Source: Lingula anatina
Lineage: Eukaryota; Animalia; Brachiopoda
Assembly: GCA_051362555.1 (NCBI GenBank)
Contig: CM120643.1
Span: 558,001 to 622,000 of the forward strand
DNA: 64,000 bases
Direction of reading: 5' to 3'
Part shown: in pieces, positions 52,698 to 64,000 of the stretch
Numbering within the stretch: the stretch's first letter is position 1
Layout: every line of letters starts with the position of its first letter
Position numbers and translations under genes: made by a program
Notes under the pieces: generated by a model
Database searches by the model: none
The model's input: only the letters and a program-made list of their open reading frames with translations
Told to the model about the DNA's origin: nothing

Positions 52698-52884
52698 CAT
52701 ACTGTCCAGCTGTGACCTGACTGAGGTGACCAGTACCTGGTGGTGTGGAATGGCCAGTGGCTATTTTACCTGCATTCTGTCTACTGGTCATTAAATGGTC
52801 ATCTCAGTTTTATTGCCCAGAGTTTGCCAGTTAATATCTCAGTGACTTCAGGTGGCTGACACGCAGAGAGAGAGAATGCTTGTG

Positions 52885-53112
52885 ACCCTTCCTTCAATTT
52901 CTGAAAAAAAACTACGCCAATGGTCCCCTCTTTGAATTAGAATTTTGACTAGCTGAATCATAGTTCTAAACCATACCAAATGGCACCGTTTGCCCTCTTA
53001 AATACCATATTTTTCAAGGCCCTTCAGTGGGCCCCAGACCACACACCAAGGGAGAGGGGGGGGGTGTTGGCTTCGCATCTGTTGACCCCCAGGGCTTGAA
53101 ATAGTCCTGGAT
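52885..53112. mobile_element. CAGTGGCGGAT-family MITE copy, ends eroded
   Basis: Core AGAATTTTGACTAGCTGAATCATAGTTCTAAACC...GGCACCGTTTGCCCTCT. Confidence 0.75.
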
Positions 53113-55076
53113 CTTTGTGAGGAGATAGAGAGGGAGAGAAAATGTGTGTATATGATTGTGTGTGAGATGTGTGTGTGTTTATTTACTATATAGAATTAAG
53201 ATGAACTAATATATAGTGAAGGTACTGGTTTAGATAAGACACCAATCATCATAAATAAAACTCTAAATTCACGTTTAAAAAATAAACAAGAGAAGATTAT
53301 CATGTTAATGACTTCAAAACAAAACTATCATGAGAAGATTTTTTTATATTGTGATATTTACTATACATTTACATTTTTTCTCTGTGAAATTAAGTTCTGA
53401 AATTAATTGGTGTTTAAAGTCTATTTCTCCTGCCAGATGTTGTTATCTCTATTAAAGTACACCAGTCTGCTGACAAGATACTGCTCAGGGTCATATTTGA
53501 CGTCTTCTTTAGCATGGTGGCTGAAATTAACTTGTCAGCTTGAAATGACAAATGAACCTTAAAAGCAATTTACAGTCTGCAAGGTCTTGTTGACAACTTT
53601 CTTGCCATCTAGCTAGAAGGGTAACATGCTTATTTCCTTGTAAGTTGATAGTGATGGACAATTTAGCTCTTGAATAACAATTTCTGGAATCCTAATGTCT
53701 CGTAAAATGTTTTCAGATGGTTTTATGCAAAGTGTGTTTTTAAATTTGTTTATTGGTGTTGGTTTTTGGTTTAAAAATGAGTTACTTTGATCCTGGAAGA
53801 GGTACTACAGGATTAGGGAGATATATATATAGGATTAAAAAAGGGAGATGTAATCCCAGTATTATAATACCATGACGGGGCTTACAAAAGCATAGTGAAT
53901 TTTAGCCATGATTTGAATAAAAAAAAACTTGAATTTGACAAATAAATAACTGAAATGAATTGCTATTTTGCCAAGTTTTAAATACTGTTTCATCAGAGAT
54001 AATTTAGCTGTCTAGCTGAAATAATCAATATCCTAGAGTGAGTCTTGCATGTCAGAAGATGTAGATAATCAGCCCAGTTATATTAATACCAACAAGTTAT
54101 ATACTGCTATACCTGTGTCACATTGGATGTGACATTCTCGCCTCATTTAATGTGTCACTAATGTCCATTTGGTGACAAGTACTGACTTATGTCCCATAGT
54201 AACCAGGTATGACATGCTTCACTCCACTTAATCCACAGGTGTGTTATGACACAAGGACAGGTGGAAGTACTGTGTGGGTGTGTGTGTGTGTGGGGGGGGG
54301 GGTTACTGTCAAATTCAGGCAAAATGTTTTAAATGGCCTTTTTTTACCATAACCTGATCATAATGCTAAAATGCAAGACAGTTGAAAGTATTGAAGTATT
54401 GACATATGGTAAAATATTGAATTATTTAATTCATTTAATTTGAAATTTAAGAGTAATTATGGCACTGTGGTTCTGGGGTGTATTGGTGAAATTGGGAGAT
54501 GACCTGAGGGGTGTTAGGATAGAATTTAAGTATCTCTCTCTCTCTCTCTCTCTCATTTTACCATTATTGCTGGTTACATCTACCTAGACATCTAGAACTG
54601 GTTATAACTTATTATAATGCAGCATGCCATGCTAGGGGTGGCTTGATATGAGCAGGTGTCACAGAATGTCCCACTTTAGTGTACACATTACAGTGCTTGT
54701 GGGACATTCTTGGTAGAGTCCTTTGGACTGAGAGTAGTACATATACAGAATAATACACATTAGTTTGTTTACTGGATGAAGGATATGTGTAAACCAATTC
54801 TTAGTTCTAAAAAAGACAGTAACTGTGACACAGATTAATCTACATCTGTTGCTCTGGGTATGTCTCGTATAAGGTGTCAAACTCTGCTCTGTAGATTCTA
54901 TTTTACATGTCTGGCAGTCCCACAAAAATCTGGAATTTTTTTTTTTACTGCCTGTCTGAATGTCCGACTTTTCTAAAAAGATTTCAGCATAACTGTTATA
55001 TTCCAAGAAGCACCATTATCTGATCCATAAAAGCCCTTATTCAAAATTCTTGACGTAAGTTTGGTTATATTTTCAG

Positions 55077-55174
55077 TTTTGCTTGAGATCGAGTACATCT
55101 TGATGAAGCTGAACAGTAATGACAAGGACCCCAAGACGGAAGCAGCCATGACATCTGTAGCCACAGACGAGAAG
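55077..55174 (+). CDS. AKTIP: AKTIP upstream coding exon (contains candidate ATGs for a short isoform)
   Basis: tttcag|..LLEIEYILMKLNSNDKDPKTEAAMTSVATDEK|gtacgt; phase 0 into the next exon. Confidence 0.75.
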
Positions 55175-57301
55175 GTACGTAGCTAAATAGTTATGGCAAG
55201 GAGAAGAATACAACAGGTTTCTGTACCTCCCCCCCCCCCCCAAACATGCTAACAATTGTATTAAGGGCACTTCTGCATACGTGTGTTCGTACATGAGTAT
55301 GTATGTGTGCACATGTCAACACACGTGCGTGTGGTGTTAGACGTCATTCAGAGAGAGAATTTTGGCAGGGTCACCTGTTTTTAAACAGAAATTGAATTGT
55401 GTCCAAGAAATGTCTGGGACTGGTTAATGTCATTAAGTCTTGCAATTATATTTCTATACATATCTTTATCATTACTATTCCTAAGGGTATTCACCTGTGA
55501 CCCTTTTACCTACCTTTTAAAAAGGGGATTGTGTCCCCAGAGGTCTTTAAGCCATCAATTATGTCTACGGTATTTATCTTCAAATTTCACACACATTTAT
55601 TCCAATTCTATTTCCAAGAAGAACCATTTGGATTCTACAGTTCTCCATAGATGAACATTACTTGGTAAAATAAACCCTTAATTTGGGAGATGAACTTAAA
55701 TCAAAGTCACTGAAGTGAAGATGTGAACATGTCCACTGAAGCATACATGTCCAGAATTTGAAAAATCAAACTGGCTCTAAAATTCATTGTTCCACAAATA
55801 TGAAATTCAGGCTTCCACAAATAACCAAAGATGCATATATGTGTATATAACTTTTGACACATGTCGAAAAAGGTCATTTACTTATGCTGTTGCCACTTTC
55901 TTTAGGCCATCTTCCTAATACTAGGCTTGCAGGAAGGGGGCGTGTCACTTAATGTTAGTTCACAGTGTATGGTCACCTGTTGTATGGTTATCTGTCAGTG
56001 TAAGCTAGGGGCAGTGTTAAAGCAGTGGGTGGGTCAGTGTTAGCTGGGGTGTTCCTGAGGGGGAGTGTTCCTGAAGGGGGGGGGGGTTCTTGAAGGGGGT
56101 GTTCCTGAGGAGGAGGTTACTGGTAGGGAACTTGTGAATTACAGTTCAGCTTTATGACTTGGGCCACATATTTAGATATATATATATATGTATATATATT
56201 GATGGCTGAGTGAAATCATTTTAATCATGAGGTAGAACTGGTCAGATTTGTTCAGTAATACCTCTCCTATAGAACTGTTACTAAACATCTCAGTTCAGGA
56301 AGGCTCATTGTATGTCAAGCTAAGTCATATGACAGCTCCACAGTTCAAAATGTCTTAGACCACTTGTAGAGGTGTGGATATAAAACTGACCTGAGATGAC
56401 TGACTGAACTGCTACAGGCAAAACATGTTAAAGTTTGATGTAGTTGTAAATTTCACCTGGACTAATTGTATGATAACACAAGGTGAGACCTTGGCTTCCC
56501 AATCTGAACTGATTAAATAGCTTTTTGACTTGGGAGTAGACAGACCTAAGTAAAGTACAACAAATAAGCATTCAAATTGATGTGTTGAAACGAATTATGA
56601 CAACTTTGTATTTTTTCAAAAAGTTGTTTAACTAACAAGCTGTGTATATAAAGTCATTGTTAGCTTTGCCTATTCAAGTATTCCTCTTTACATTCAGCCC
56701 AAGTGTTTGTGAAGATGTTAAAGTCCTGCATTTTAAACCTCACTCCACTGCTCGTTGTTTGCATAGTAGATTGATTAGGTCCTTTTGCGCCTTTGGAGAA
56801 ACATTTAGCGTTGTACATGACGGCCCTGAATAATTGATGGCTGTTGAGGATAGTTGATATGTAGGCAGGTCTAGAAGAATTGTTGTAGAATTGTTGACAG
56901 GTGATAGTAAACAGCCACACAGGTAAGGTGTATATTGTAGCTATCTGCAGGTGTAGTGGTTTTTCTTAATATTATCAGTTGTTTGTTGGTATTTTATGAG
57001 GCACTTTTCATGCGTGTTTAGGTATACAGTATTTGACTTTTGTGAGGATGATAAGTGTCAGGTTCCTCGTCTTCCTTGTGACAATTTTCCATAGAACATA
57101 GGTACTGCTAATGTTGACAGCTTTCATATTAAGGAGGACTGACCATTCAGTTGTCTGCCAGGAAACATTGGGAGGAGGTGTTATTGAAGTGACTTTGCGG
57201 ACAGAATTGGGTTTGTTGGTGGTTTGGAGGGGGTGGGGGTACACCACATGCATCTCTGATATTATCTCCCCCCTCACACACACACATACTGAATACCAAT
57301 G

Positions 57302-57469
57302 CAGGGGCGGATCCAAAAATATTTTCTGACAGTCTTCCAAATTATCTTTGTCGATCCATCCTACATTTTTGACCGTCTTCCGACAGAAAAAATTAAATAC
57401 CCCTCAATGTAAACTTGAAAATCTGACCGTCTTCCGGAAGACCCAGAAGACGGCCTAAATCCGCCCCTG
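57302..57469. mobile_element. Short TIR element CAGGGGCGGAT...ATCCGCCCCTG
   Basis: Perfect 11-bp TIR; CAATG on both flanks. Confidence 0.8.
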
Positions 57470-58122
57470 CAATGTGTGCGCAGACACACACACACAAGCA
57501 CACACACACACACACACATACCCCTTCTTTAATACCACCATGCTTATCACAGATATTCAGTGATATTTTCTAGAGACTAAAACAATATAGCTCAAGCAGG
57601 TCAACAGAATGGTTGTGTCCCAAGCACAATGTCTACAAAGTTTGAACAAGTCAAGATGGATGTGACTCACCTTGAAAAACAGTTAATTCTGTGCATTTTT
57701 AAACCAAAGGTTATTGAAAGTCATCATATTCCTTCAAATAGTTTGATACTAAGATATATGGGGGGAGGGTAGTCACAGAGAGATATATATCAGTTGATGT
57801 TGATGGAAGAGGCTGTTTTTATTTGAGTGAGAACCACGAGAACTACAGACCAGTTTTTATCAAACCGACAGAGACGTGATATCAGTGGTGCCAAGCCAAG
57901 TCTGCTCCTGATGATCTTCATACCCTGTGCCAAGCACCTGTAGTGTTGTACAGTGTGGAAAGAAAATAATCACACCATTATCAACTGTTAAGAAAGCTAA
58001 CTCAAATATTGCATGCCCTGTTTATGTAAGTCTTGGTCTTTATGTGCTGGTACAAGTGAAGTCTAGTGTTTTGGACATTTTAGGGTTGTATGAAGAGTTT
58101 TCAGTTGTTGTGATAATAATAA

Positions 58123-58163
<41 letters not shown>

Positions 58164-58940
58164 GAGGGAGCAGTATTTACTCAGAATTTCTTGCTACAGA
58201 ATTTCTTGCTCCTCAGTGTAACCATTATAAATATTTTCCATGAGCACTCATTTCTAGCATCAATCACAGACAAGTTTTTGACCGTTTCAGTTCTAAGTGA
58301 AATATTTCCACCTCCCTTTTAGGTCAATGATTTAAAACTTTGGAGTATTTAAGTTACACTCTCAAGTAAAAAATCTGAAGGTTATTATTGATATGAAAGT
58401 ATTTACTTAATCTATGTTCTGCTGTTTCATCTACTTTTTTATCCATTGTCAACATGTTGAATTCCTATGAGGAAAAATTCTGTATTTGTCTTGCCAGTAT
58501 GAGGGTCGACTAGGGCGAATGGGATTACTGGATTAATTACTCTTAATGATGATAAGTAAAGATTAACGCGTCAAGTATCACAACAGATATAGATTAAGGA
58601 GTGATTTGTGGTGATTAATTTTCCCAAGTTATCTGTCATCTGGTGTGACATTTCACCAATAGGTGACCTTTCTTTCCCAGTGACAACCTCTGCTATCATT
58701 TCTCAGTCATTTATGGTGATATTTCTTCACCAGCTGTTGAAACAAAGGACACCATCCCACTGTGACAGCCGTGAAGTTTAAGAGGATTTGAACTCACTTT
58801 CATATTTAGTCATTTTATTATGATTGTTAAAAGTAATTTACTTAAAAGGTCAGATGATCTTATGAAGACCTGAGTTATAAAGAGATAAAAGTTCTACTGT
58901 GCATCTTATGAGGGTCCACTTGACTGTTACCTAAATTTTA

Positions 58941-59114
58941 GGCCCCATTCAGAATAGGGACTAACTAGTCTGAGGATCAAATATGGCGACCCACTACAAA
59001 GCTTGCCATCTAATCCACTAATAGACACTGAATAGATATCCCGTGGGGAAGTATTCAAGTAGGTCGGCAATATTTGACCCTAGGACTAGTTAGTTCCCTA
59101 TTCTGAATGGCCCC
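58941..59114. mobile_element. PIF/Harbinger-type fold-back MITE (TTA TSD)
   Basis: GGCCCCATTCAGAATAGGGACTAACTAGTC...GACTAGTTAGTTCCCTATTCTGAATGGCCCC with TTA on both sides. Confidence 0.85.
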
Positions 59115-59327
59115 TTACTAGAAATTTTGTAGTGAAGTAGTTTGACATAACTGGTATGATGCACTGTTTCAAATACGTTTTCAGCATATTTATGTTATAA
59201 AGGGATGTTGGGATATCTGGATAGAATAGACATTTTGCCCTCTTTTAATTCGTACCAGACTATTGCTTCATACATTTTAGTTTACAAATTGTATTGCATT
59301 ATATTAAGATCTTATTATCTCTTCCAG

Positions 59328-59536
59328 CAGGATATGAGTAAAAATGGCGACCCCTCCCCGCAGCCTTCCCACAATGCACGGCCTGGCTCCAGCCTGCGGA
59401 AACAGCTACCGCCAGTTCCAGACTCTGAAACTCAGCTCAATTTAGCTTCCAAGATGATTGACAAGAAGACGTCCACGCCAAAAGGGAACCACAGCTATGG
59501 GCCTTTCTTCTTAGAGTATTCCTTGTTAGCAGAATA
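59328..59536 (+). CDS. AKTIP: AKTIP coding exon (NAGNAG acceptor, 59328 or 59331)
   Basis: ...GNHSYGPFFLEYSLLAE(Y)|gtgagt matches the AKTIP/Ft1 motif YGPFYLEYSLLAEF. Confidence 0.93.
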
Positions 59537-59632
59537 GTGAGTTACTTTCTTCTTAGAGTATTCCTTGTTAGCAGAATAGTGAGTTACTTTCTTCTTAGAG
59601 TATTCCTTATTAGCAGAATAGTGAGTTACTTT
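59503..59632 (+). repeat. 42-bp x3 repeat spanning an AKTIP splice donor
   Basis: GTGAGT at 59537, 59579 and 59621. Confidence 0.97.
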
Positions 59633-59964
59633 ATTGAGAAACTCTGTCAATATATTTTTTTTTTCATTGAAAGGGTTGTTAAGAAAGTGGTAAATTTATC
59701 GAACCTCGACAATTGTCACTACAGATTTCCATACATTGTATGCTGTTGATTTATTAATTTCTGAATTCTTTCACTTGCATAATAAAAATGTGTTGCTATC
59801 ATCAGTGACAGTTACTGCTGTTAAAGGATAATGTATCATCTAAAACTTACACTTCCCCAGTGTCAGAATCTCAGAATGACACCTGTCAGTAACAGTCAGT
59901 CAAAGAAGCAGTATATTCATATAATAAATAACCCACACCAGATAATAATGTTCATTGAATATTG

Positions 59965-60646
59965 AATGATGTTTATGGTATATTGTGTTTCAGTAACCAA
60001 CTTCAGAAGCAGAAGTTACCTGGTGTGTATGTGATTCCATAATGATGTTTATGGTATATTGTGTTTCAGTAACCAACTTCAGAAGCAGAAGTTACCTGGT
60101 GTGTATGTGATTCCATAATGATGTTTATGGTATATTGTGTTTCAGTAACCAACTTCAGAAGCAGAAGTTACCTGGTGTGTATGTGATTCCATAATGATGT
60201 TTATGGTATATTGTGTTTCAGTAATCAGCTTCAGAAGCAGAAGTTACCTGGTGTGTATGTGATTCCATAATGATATTTATGGTATATTGTGTTTCAGTAA
60301 TCAGCTTCAGAAGCAGAAGTTACCTGGTGTGTATGTGATTCCATAATGATATTCATGGTATATTGTGTTTCAGTAATCAGCTTCAGAAGCAGAAGTTACC
60401 TGGTGTGTATGTGATTCCATAATGATATTCATGGTATATTGTGTTTCAGTAATCAGCTTCAGAAACAGAAGTTGCCTGGTGTGTATGTGATTCCATAATG
60501 ATATTCATGGTATATTGTGTTTCAGTAACCAGCTTCAGAAGCAGAAGTTACCTGGTGTTTATGTGATTCCATAATGATATTCATGGTATATTGTGTTTCA
60601 GTAACCAGCTTCAGAAGCAGAAGTTACCTGGTGTTTATGTGATTCC
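59965..60646 (+). repeat. 76-bp x9 repeat spanning an AKTIP splice acceptor
   Basis: tttcag ends at 59993, 60069, 60145, 60221, 60297, 60373, 60449, 60525 and 60601. Confidence 0.98.
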
Positions 60647-60666
60647 GTCTGCCAAGTCTGCACTGT
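60602..60666 (+). CDS. AKTIP: AKTIP coding exon
   Basis: NQLQKQKLPGVYVIPSAKSAL|gtaagt (AKTIP-like KQKLPGVYVQPS); phase 2-1. Confidence 0.93.
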
Positions 60667-61259
60667 GTAAGTAATCAAGACTCTGAAGACGCTTTTACAC
60701 TAAAGTTGTGATAGCCTTACCTCACACTCAGTAGACATTGTGGTGCTAGTTTTTTTGACAGAGGAGGCTAATAGAGTGACATTACTAGTACAGTGTGATA
60801 GGGGAGGGCTAGGTAATGTTTTGTGACTGTAGTTATCTTGGCTTCTGCTGTTGAGAAATTGTAATTGCACATTCAATTGAAATAGTGTGTACTGAGTTTC
60901 CCTGGTTATAGCTGGATTCGGAAAACCTGATTTACCCCCCCCCCCCCCCCCCCAATACACACACACACAGCTTGAGAATGGAGTACTTTCAAATCACCAA
61001 AAATTATTGAATAATTACATATCTGATAAAGATGTAACTATGTTATTTATCTACAGTTAATCAGGTATGACCAACAAGATGATCTTTCAGTTCTTACTTA
61101 GAAAGATGATTCTTTAGATTTGCTAAACTTTCATTTTCTTATTTTTGAACAATATACACTGATACTTTTGTTTTGTTTTATATCATGGATTAAAAAGATT
61201 GACCTTTTTATGTCCTTGACCTAGTTTCTAACATATGACCTAGTTCCATCTGATTACAG

Positions 61260-61360
61260 TCTGGAATGGAGTGTTGTTCATCAGGCAAGGTCTGTACCAG
61301 GAGGGCATCTTCAGGTTCTCCCTGTTTATACCAGAGAATTACCCAGACGGGGACTGTCCA
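61260..61360 (+). CDS. AKTIP: AKTIP coding exon (UBC-variant fold)
   Basis: [33 protein letters not shown]|gtaagt. Confidence 0.96.
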
Positions 61361-61886
61361 GTAAGTATATGTTATACCAGAGAATTACCCAGATGGGGAC
61401 TGTCCAGTAAGTATACGTTATACCAGAGAATTACCCAGATGGGGACTGTCCAGTAAGTATACGTTATACCGGAGAATTATACCCAGACGGGGACTGTCCA
61501 GTAAGTATACGTTATACCGGAGAATTATACCCAGACGGGGACTGTCCAGTAAGTATACGTTATACCGGAGAATTATACCCAGACGGGGACTGTCCAGTAA
61601 GTATACGTTATACCGGAGAATTACACCCAGACGGGGACTGTCCAGTAAGTATACGTTATACCGGAGAATTACACCCAGACGGGGACTGTCCAGTAAGTAT
61701 ACGTTATACCGGAGAATTACACCCAGACGGGGACTGTCCAGTAAGTATACGTTATACCGGAGAATTATACCCAGACGGGGACTGTCCAGTAAGTATGTTA
61801 TACCAGAGAATTACCCAGACGGGGACTGTCCAGTAAGTATGTTATACCAGAGAATTACCCAGACGGGGACTGTCCAGTAAGTATAT
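61326..61886 (+). repeat. 44-48-bp x12 repeat spanning an AKTIP splice donor
   Basis: GTAAGT at 61361, 61407, 61453, 61501, 61549, 61597, 61645, 61693, 61741, 61789, 61833 and 61877. Confidence 0.98.
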
Positions 61887-62308
61887 GAGGATTAAATAGG
61901 GCACGGAGTCTTATTTAACTCCATCCTTTGAATAGAGACTGCTGTGGACTGGACTGTTATTTTCTATGTATATTATAAACATAGTGTAACACTGAAATTC
62001 TACTGTTACAGGCACACAGGTACATAGACACACACACTACCACAGGTGCATACACACACACACACTACCACAGGTACTTACTCTTCATCTCAAAGATTCA
62101 TGTGACACTAAGTTCTTTTTATCGAAAAGAAAAAGCATTTGAGTGTCATTTGACCCTTAAATCATGGAATGAATGAGAATAACCATTTCTTCAGACAGAA
62201 GCTGTGTATACCTTATAAATTTTATACATCAAAGATGTAACAATACTTCATAGTGTCTGTTATAATTTCAGAGGTAACAATACTTCATAGTGTCTATTAT
62301 AATTTCAG

Positions 62309-62397
62309 AGGTTGGTGTTTGACCCGCCCGTATTCCATCCAGTTATCAATCCTGAGTCAGGGGAACTCGATGTCAAAAGAGCTTTTCAGAAGTGGAG
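62309..62397 (+). CDS. AKTIP: AKTIP coding exon
   Basis: [29 protein letters not shown](R)|gtagga. Asp occupies the E2 catalytic Cys position (GELDV), as in AKTIP. Confidence 0.96.
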
Positions 62398-62630
62398 GTA
62401 GGAAATATGTGCATTGTTTGGATATATGCATTTGTGGCATATTTTATGTATTTGGCATTCACTCTTTTAAAATTATCATTTTTGGGACTAAGTAAAAAAT
62501 AATCAAAGTCAGAACATTGCATATTACATGCTTCTAATAGAGAAGAGTAACTGACTTATCCCACGGCTAGCACTGCGAACAATAGGATGACAGCGCAAAT
62601 GTGTATGACAATACAAGTGATGGCCATGGG

Positions 62631-62670
<40 letters not shown>

Positions 62671-62783
62671 GTAGAAGTCTGTTAATGACTGTAGCCTAAT
62701 TTATCAGCTTTAATGGTAACAGAGAATTGAAATCTACAGATTACTTTATATAATACTATTCATGAAACTGTGTTTTCTTCCAG

Positions 62784-62882
62784 GCGAAATGTGAACCACA
62801 TTTGGCAGGTTCTTCTATATGCAAGAAAAATATTCTACAAAATTGACACCAAGAACCCCTGGAACCCAGAGGCAGCTGTATT
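62784..62882 (+). CDS. AKTIP: AKTIP coding exon
   Basis: [32 protein letters not shown](L)|gtaagc. Confidence 0.96.
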
Positions 62883-63246
62883 GTAAGCAGACGTAACTTT
62901 GAATATTTTAATAATCACTGTATTGTAATCTAAATCACACTACACAGATATATAACTTTGAACATTTTAATAATCAATGTTAACTTTAATGGTATAGTCA
63001 CAGTTGTGGGTCTTGGGACAGTTGTACAGGTGAGGAAACCTGTGACACTGAATTTCTAAGAAATAAGCCGCATGTTTTGGGAGCATTTGGCAGTGTGTAT
63101 TTGAAATAAAATCTCAGTTGAAATGCTAAATATTTTTAAAAAATGCACTTTTAATGCAGTTTACATGATAATCAGTTTTTGTCTTTGCACCTTTGAAGGA
63201 ATAACAGAAATGTTGTAATATGACATTGACTGCTCTGGATTTGCAG

Positions 63247-63354
63247 ATATGAACAAGATTTAGACCTATACAAACATAAGCTAGCAGAAAGTATAAAACT
63301 GTGCAAAGATAGGTTATACGACCCTCCCGAGTCTGATGACCCCCATGCTATACG
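63247..63354 (+). CDS. AKTIP: AKTIP coding exon
   Basis: YEQDLDLYKHKLAESIKLCKDRLYDPPESDDPHAI(R)|gtgagt. Confidence 0.95.
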
Positions 63355-63696
63355 GTGAGTAGAAGGATGGCTGACCTAATGCTCATTTTCATTTCAGCCA
63401 AATAGCTGAACACTTCACCGACGTCAGAATTTTAAACAAAAATGATGTTGGCAAAATGCTGTAGAATGTTTAACATGTTCTTTTAGTTAGATTGATGCGT
63501 TTCTAACATTTGGACATAAAAATCTTTGTGCTTGCATTTTCCTTTGCAATTGTTAATCATGCCAAAGTCAACAGAGTACAAATATACAGAATGGCATAAA
63601 AGTGGATATTTTTTATGTGGTGGGTTTATTTTTTTTTTTTAACCACAAACTGATAATGATGTAAGACATTGAACTAATATCTATTTCATATTCACT

Positions 63697-63897
63697 GTAT
63701 CAGGTTCAGTACATGAGAGTATCAGACATAATATTTCTATTTGCTATTCAGGTTTAGTGAGTGGGAGCAGTCAGTTCATGAGAGTATCAGACATAATATT
63801 TCTATTTTCTATTCAGGTTTAGCTCATGAGAGTATCAGACATAATATTTTTGTTTTCTATTCAGGTTTAGTGAGTGGGAGCCATCAGTTCATGAGAG
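63697..63897 (+). repeat. Four partial or complete copies spanning an AKTIP splice acceptor
   Basis: tcag|GTT acceptors ending at 63703, 63751, 63816 and 63864, each followed by CATGAGAG. Confidence 0.9.
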
Positions 63898-63925
63898 CAC
63901 CAGAGATCAGTTGCTCCACCCAAAG
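63865..63925 (+). CDS. AKTIP: AKTIP coding exon; the gene continues beyond the window
   Basis: FSEWEPSVHESTRDQLLHPK|gtaatg (AKTIP-like FSPWNPSVHD); no stop reached. Confidence 0.88.
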
Positions 63926-64000
63926 GTAATGGAAGGTAAACCCTCTGTGCAGGCTTCTGGCTGTGCTCTGTTTGCTTTGCTAACTCCAACACCACCCTTC

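Noticed and set aside
59965-61886. CRISPR-like appearance of the regular arrays
   Set aside because: There are no unique spacers or cas genes, the context is eukaryotic, and the units are copies of host exon junctions.

Overview
AT-rich, intron-rich animal genomic DNA. The repeat families suggest a mollusc or other lophotrochozoan (inference). Two genes lie head-to-head. (1) A minus-strand sacsin-like gene has 7 coding exons at 12683-34583, including an 11-kb exon, with three Hsp90-like SRR repeats, a DnaJ domain, a HEPN domain and no N-terminal UBL. It reads cleanly for 4150 codons, then hits an in-frame TAG at the start of the J-domain and a frameshift inside HEPN. Its putative promoter/first-exon module carries IRF/ISRE-like motifs and occurs three times in the window. 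(2) A plus-strand AKTIP/FTS gene has core exons at 55077-63925 and runs off the window end; a ~650-codon acidic exon (47786-49733) can splice in frame onto it. The most unusual signal is a series of tandem repeats built from exon-intron junctions: six in AKTIP and one or two in the sacsin-like gene, with up to 12 splice-site copies in a row. In the three youngest arrays, every substitution in the exon-derived part is synonymous. The rest of the window is MITEs, a CACTA-like element, a Helentron-like satellite carrier, minisatellites and microsatellites. All calls come from reading the sequence by eye; no database searches were run.
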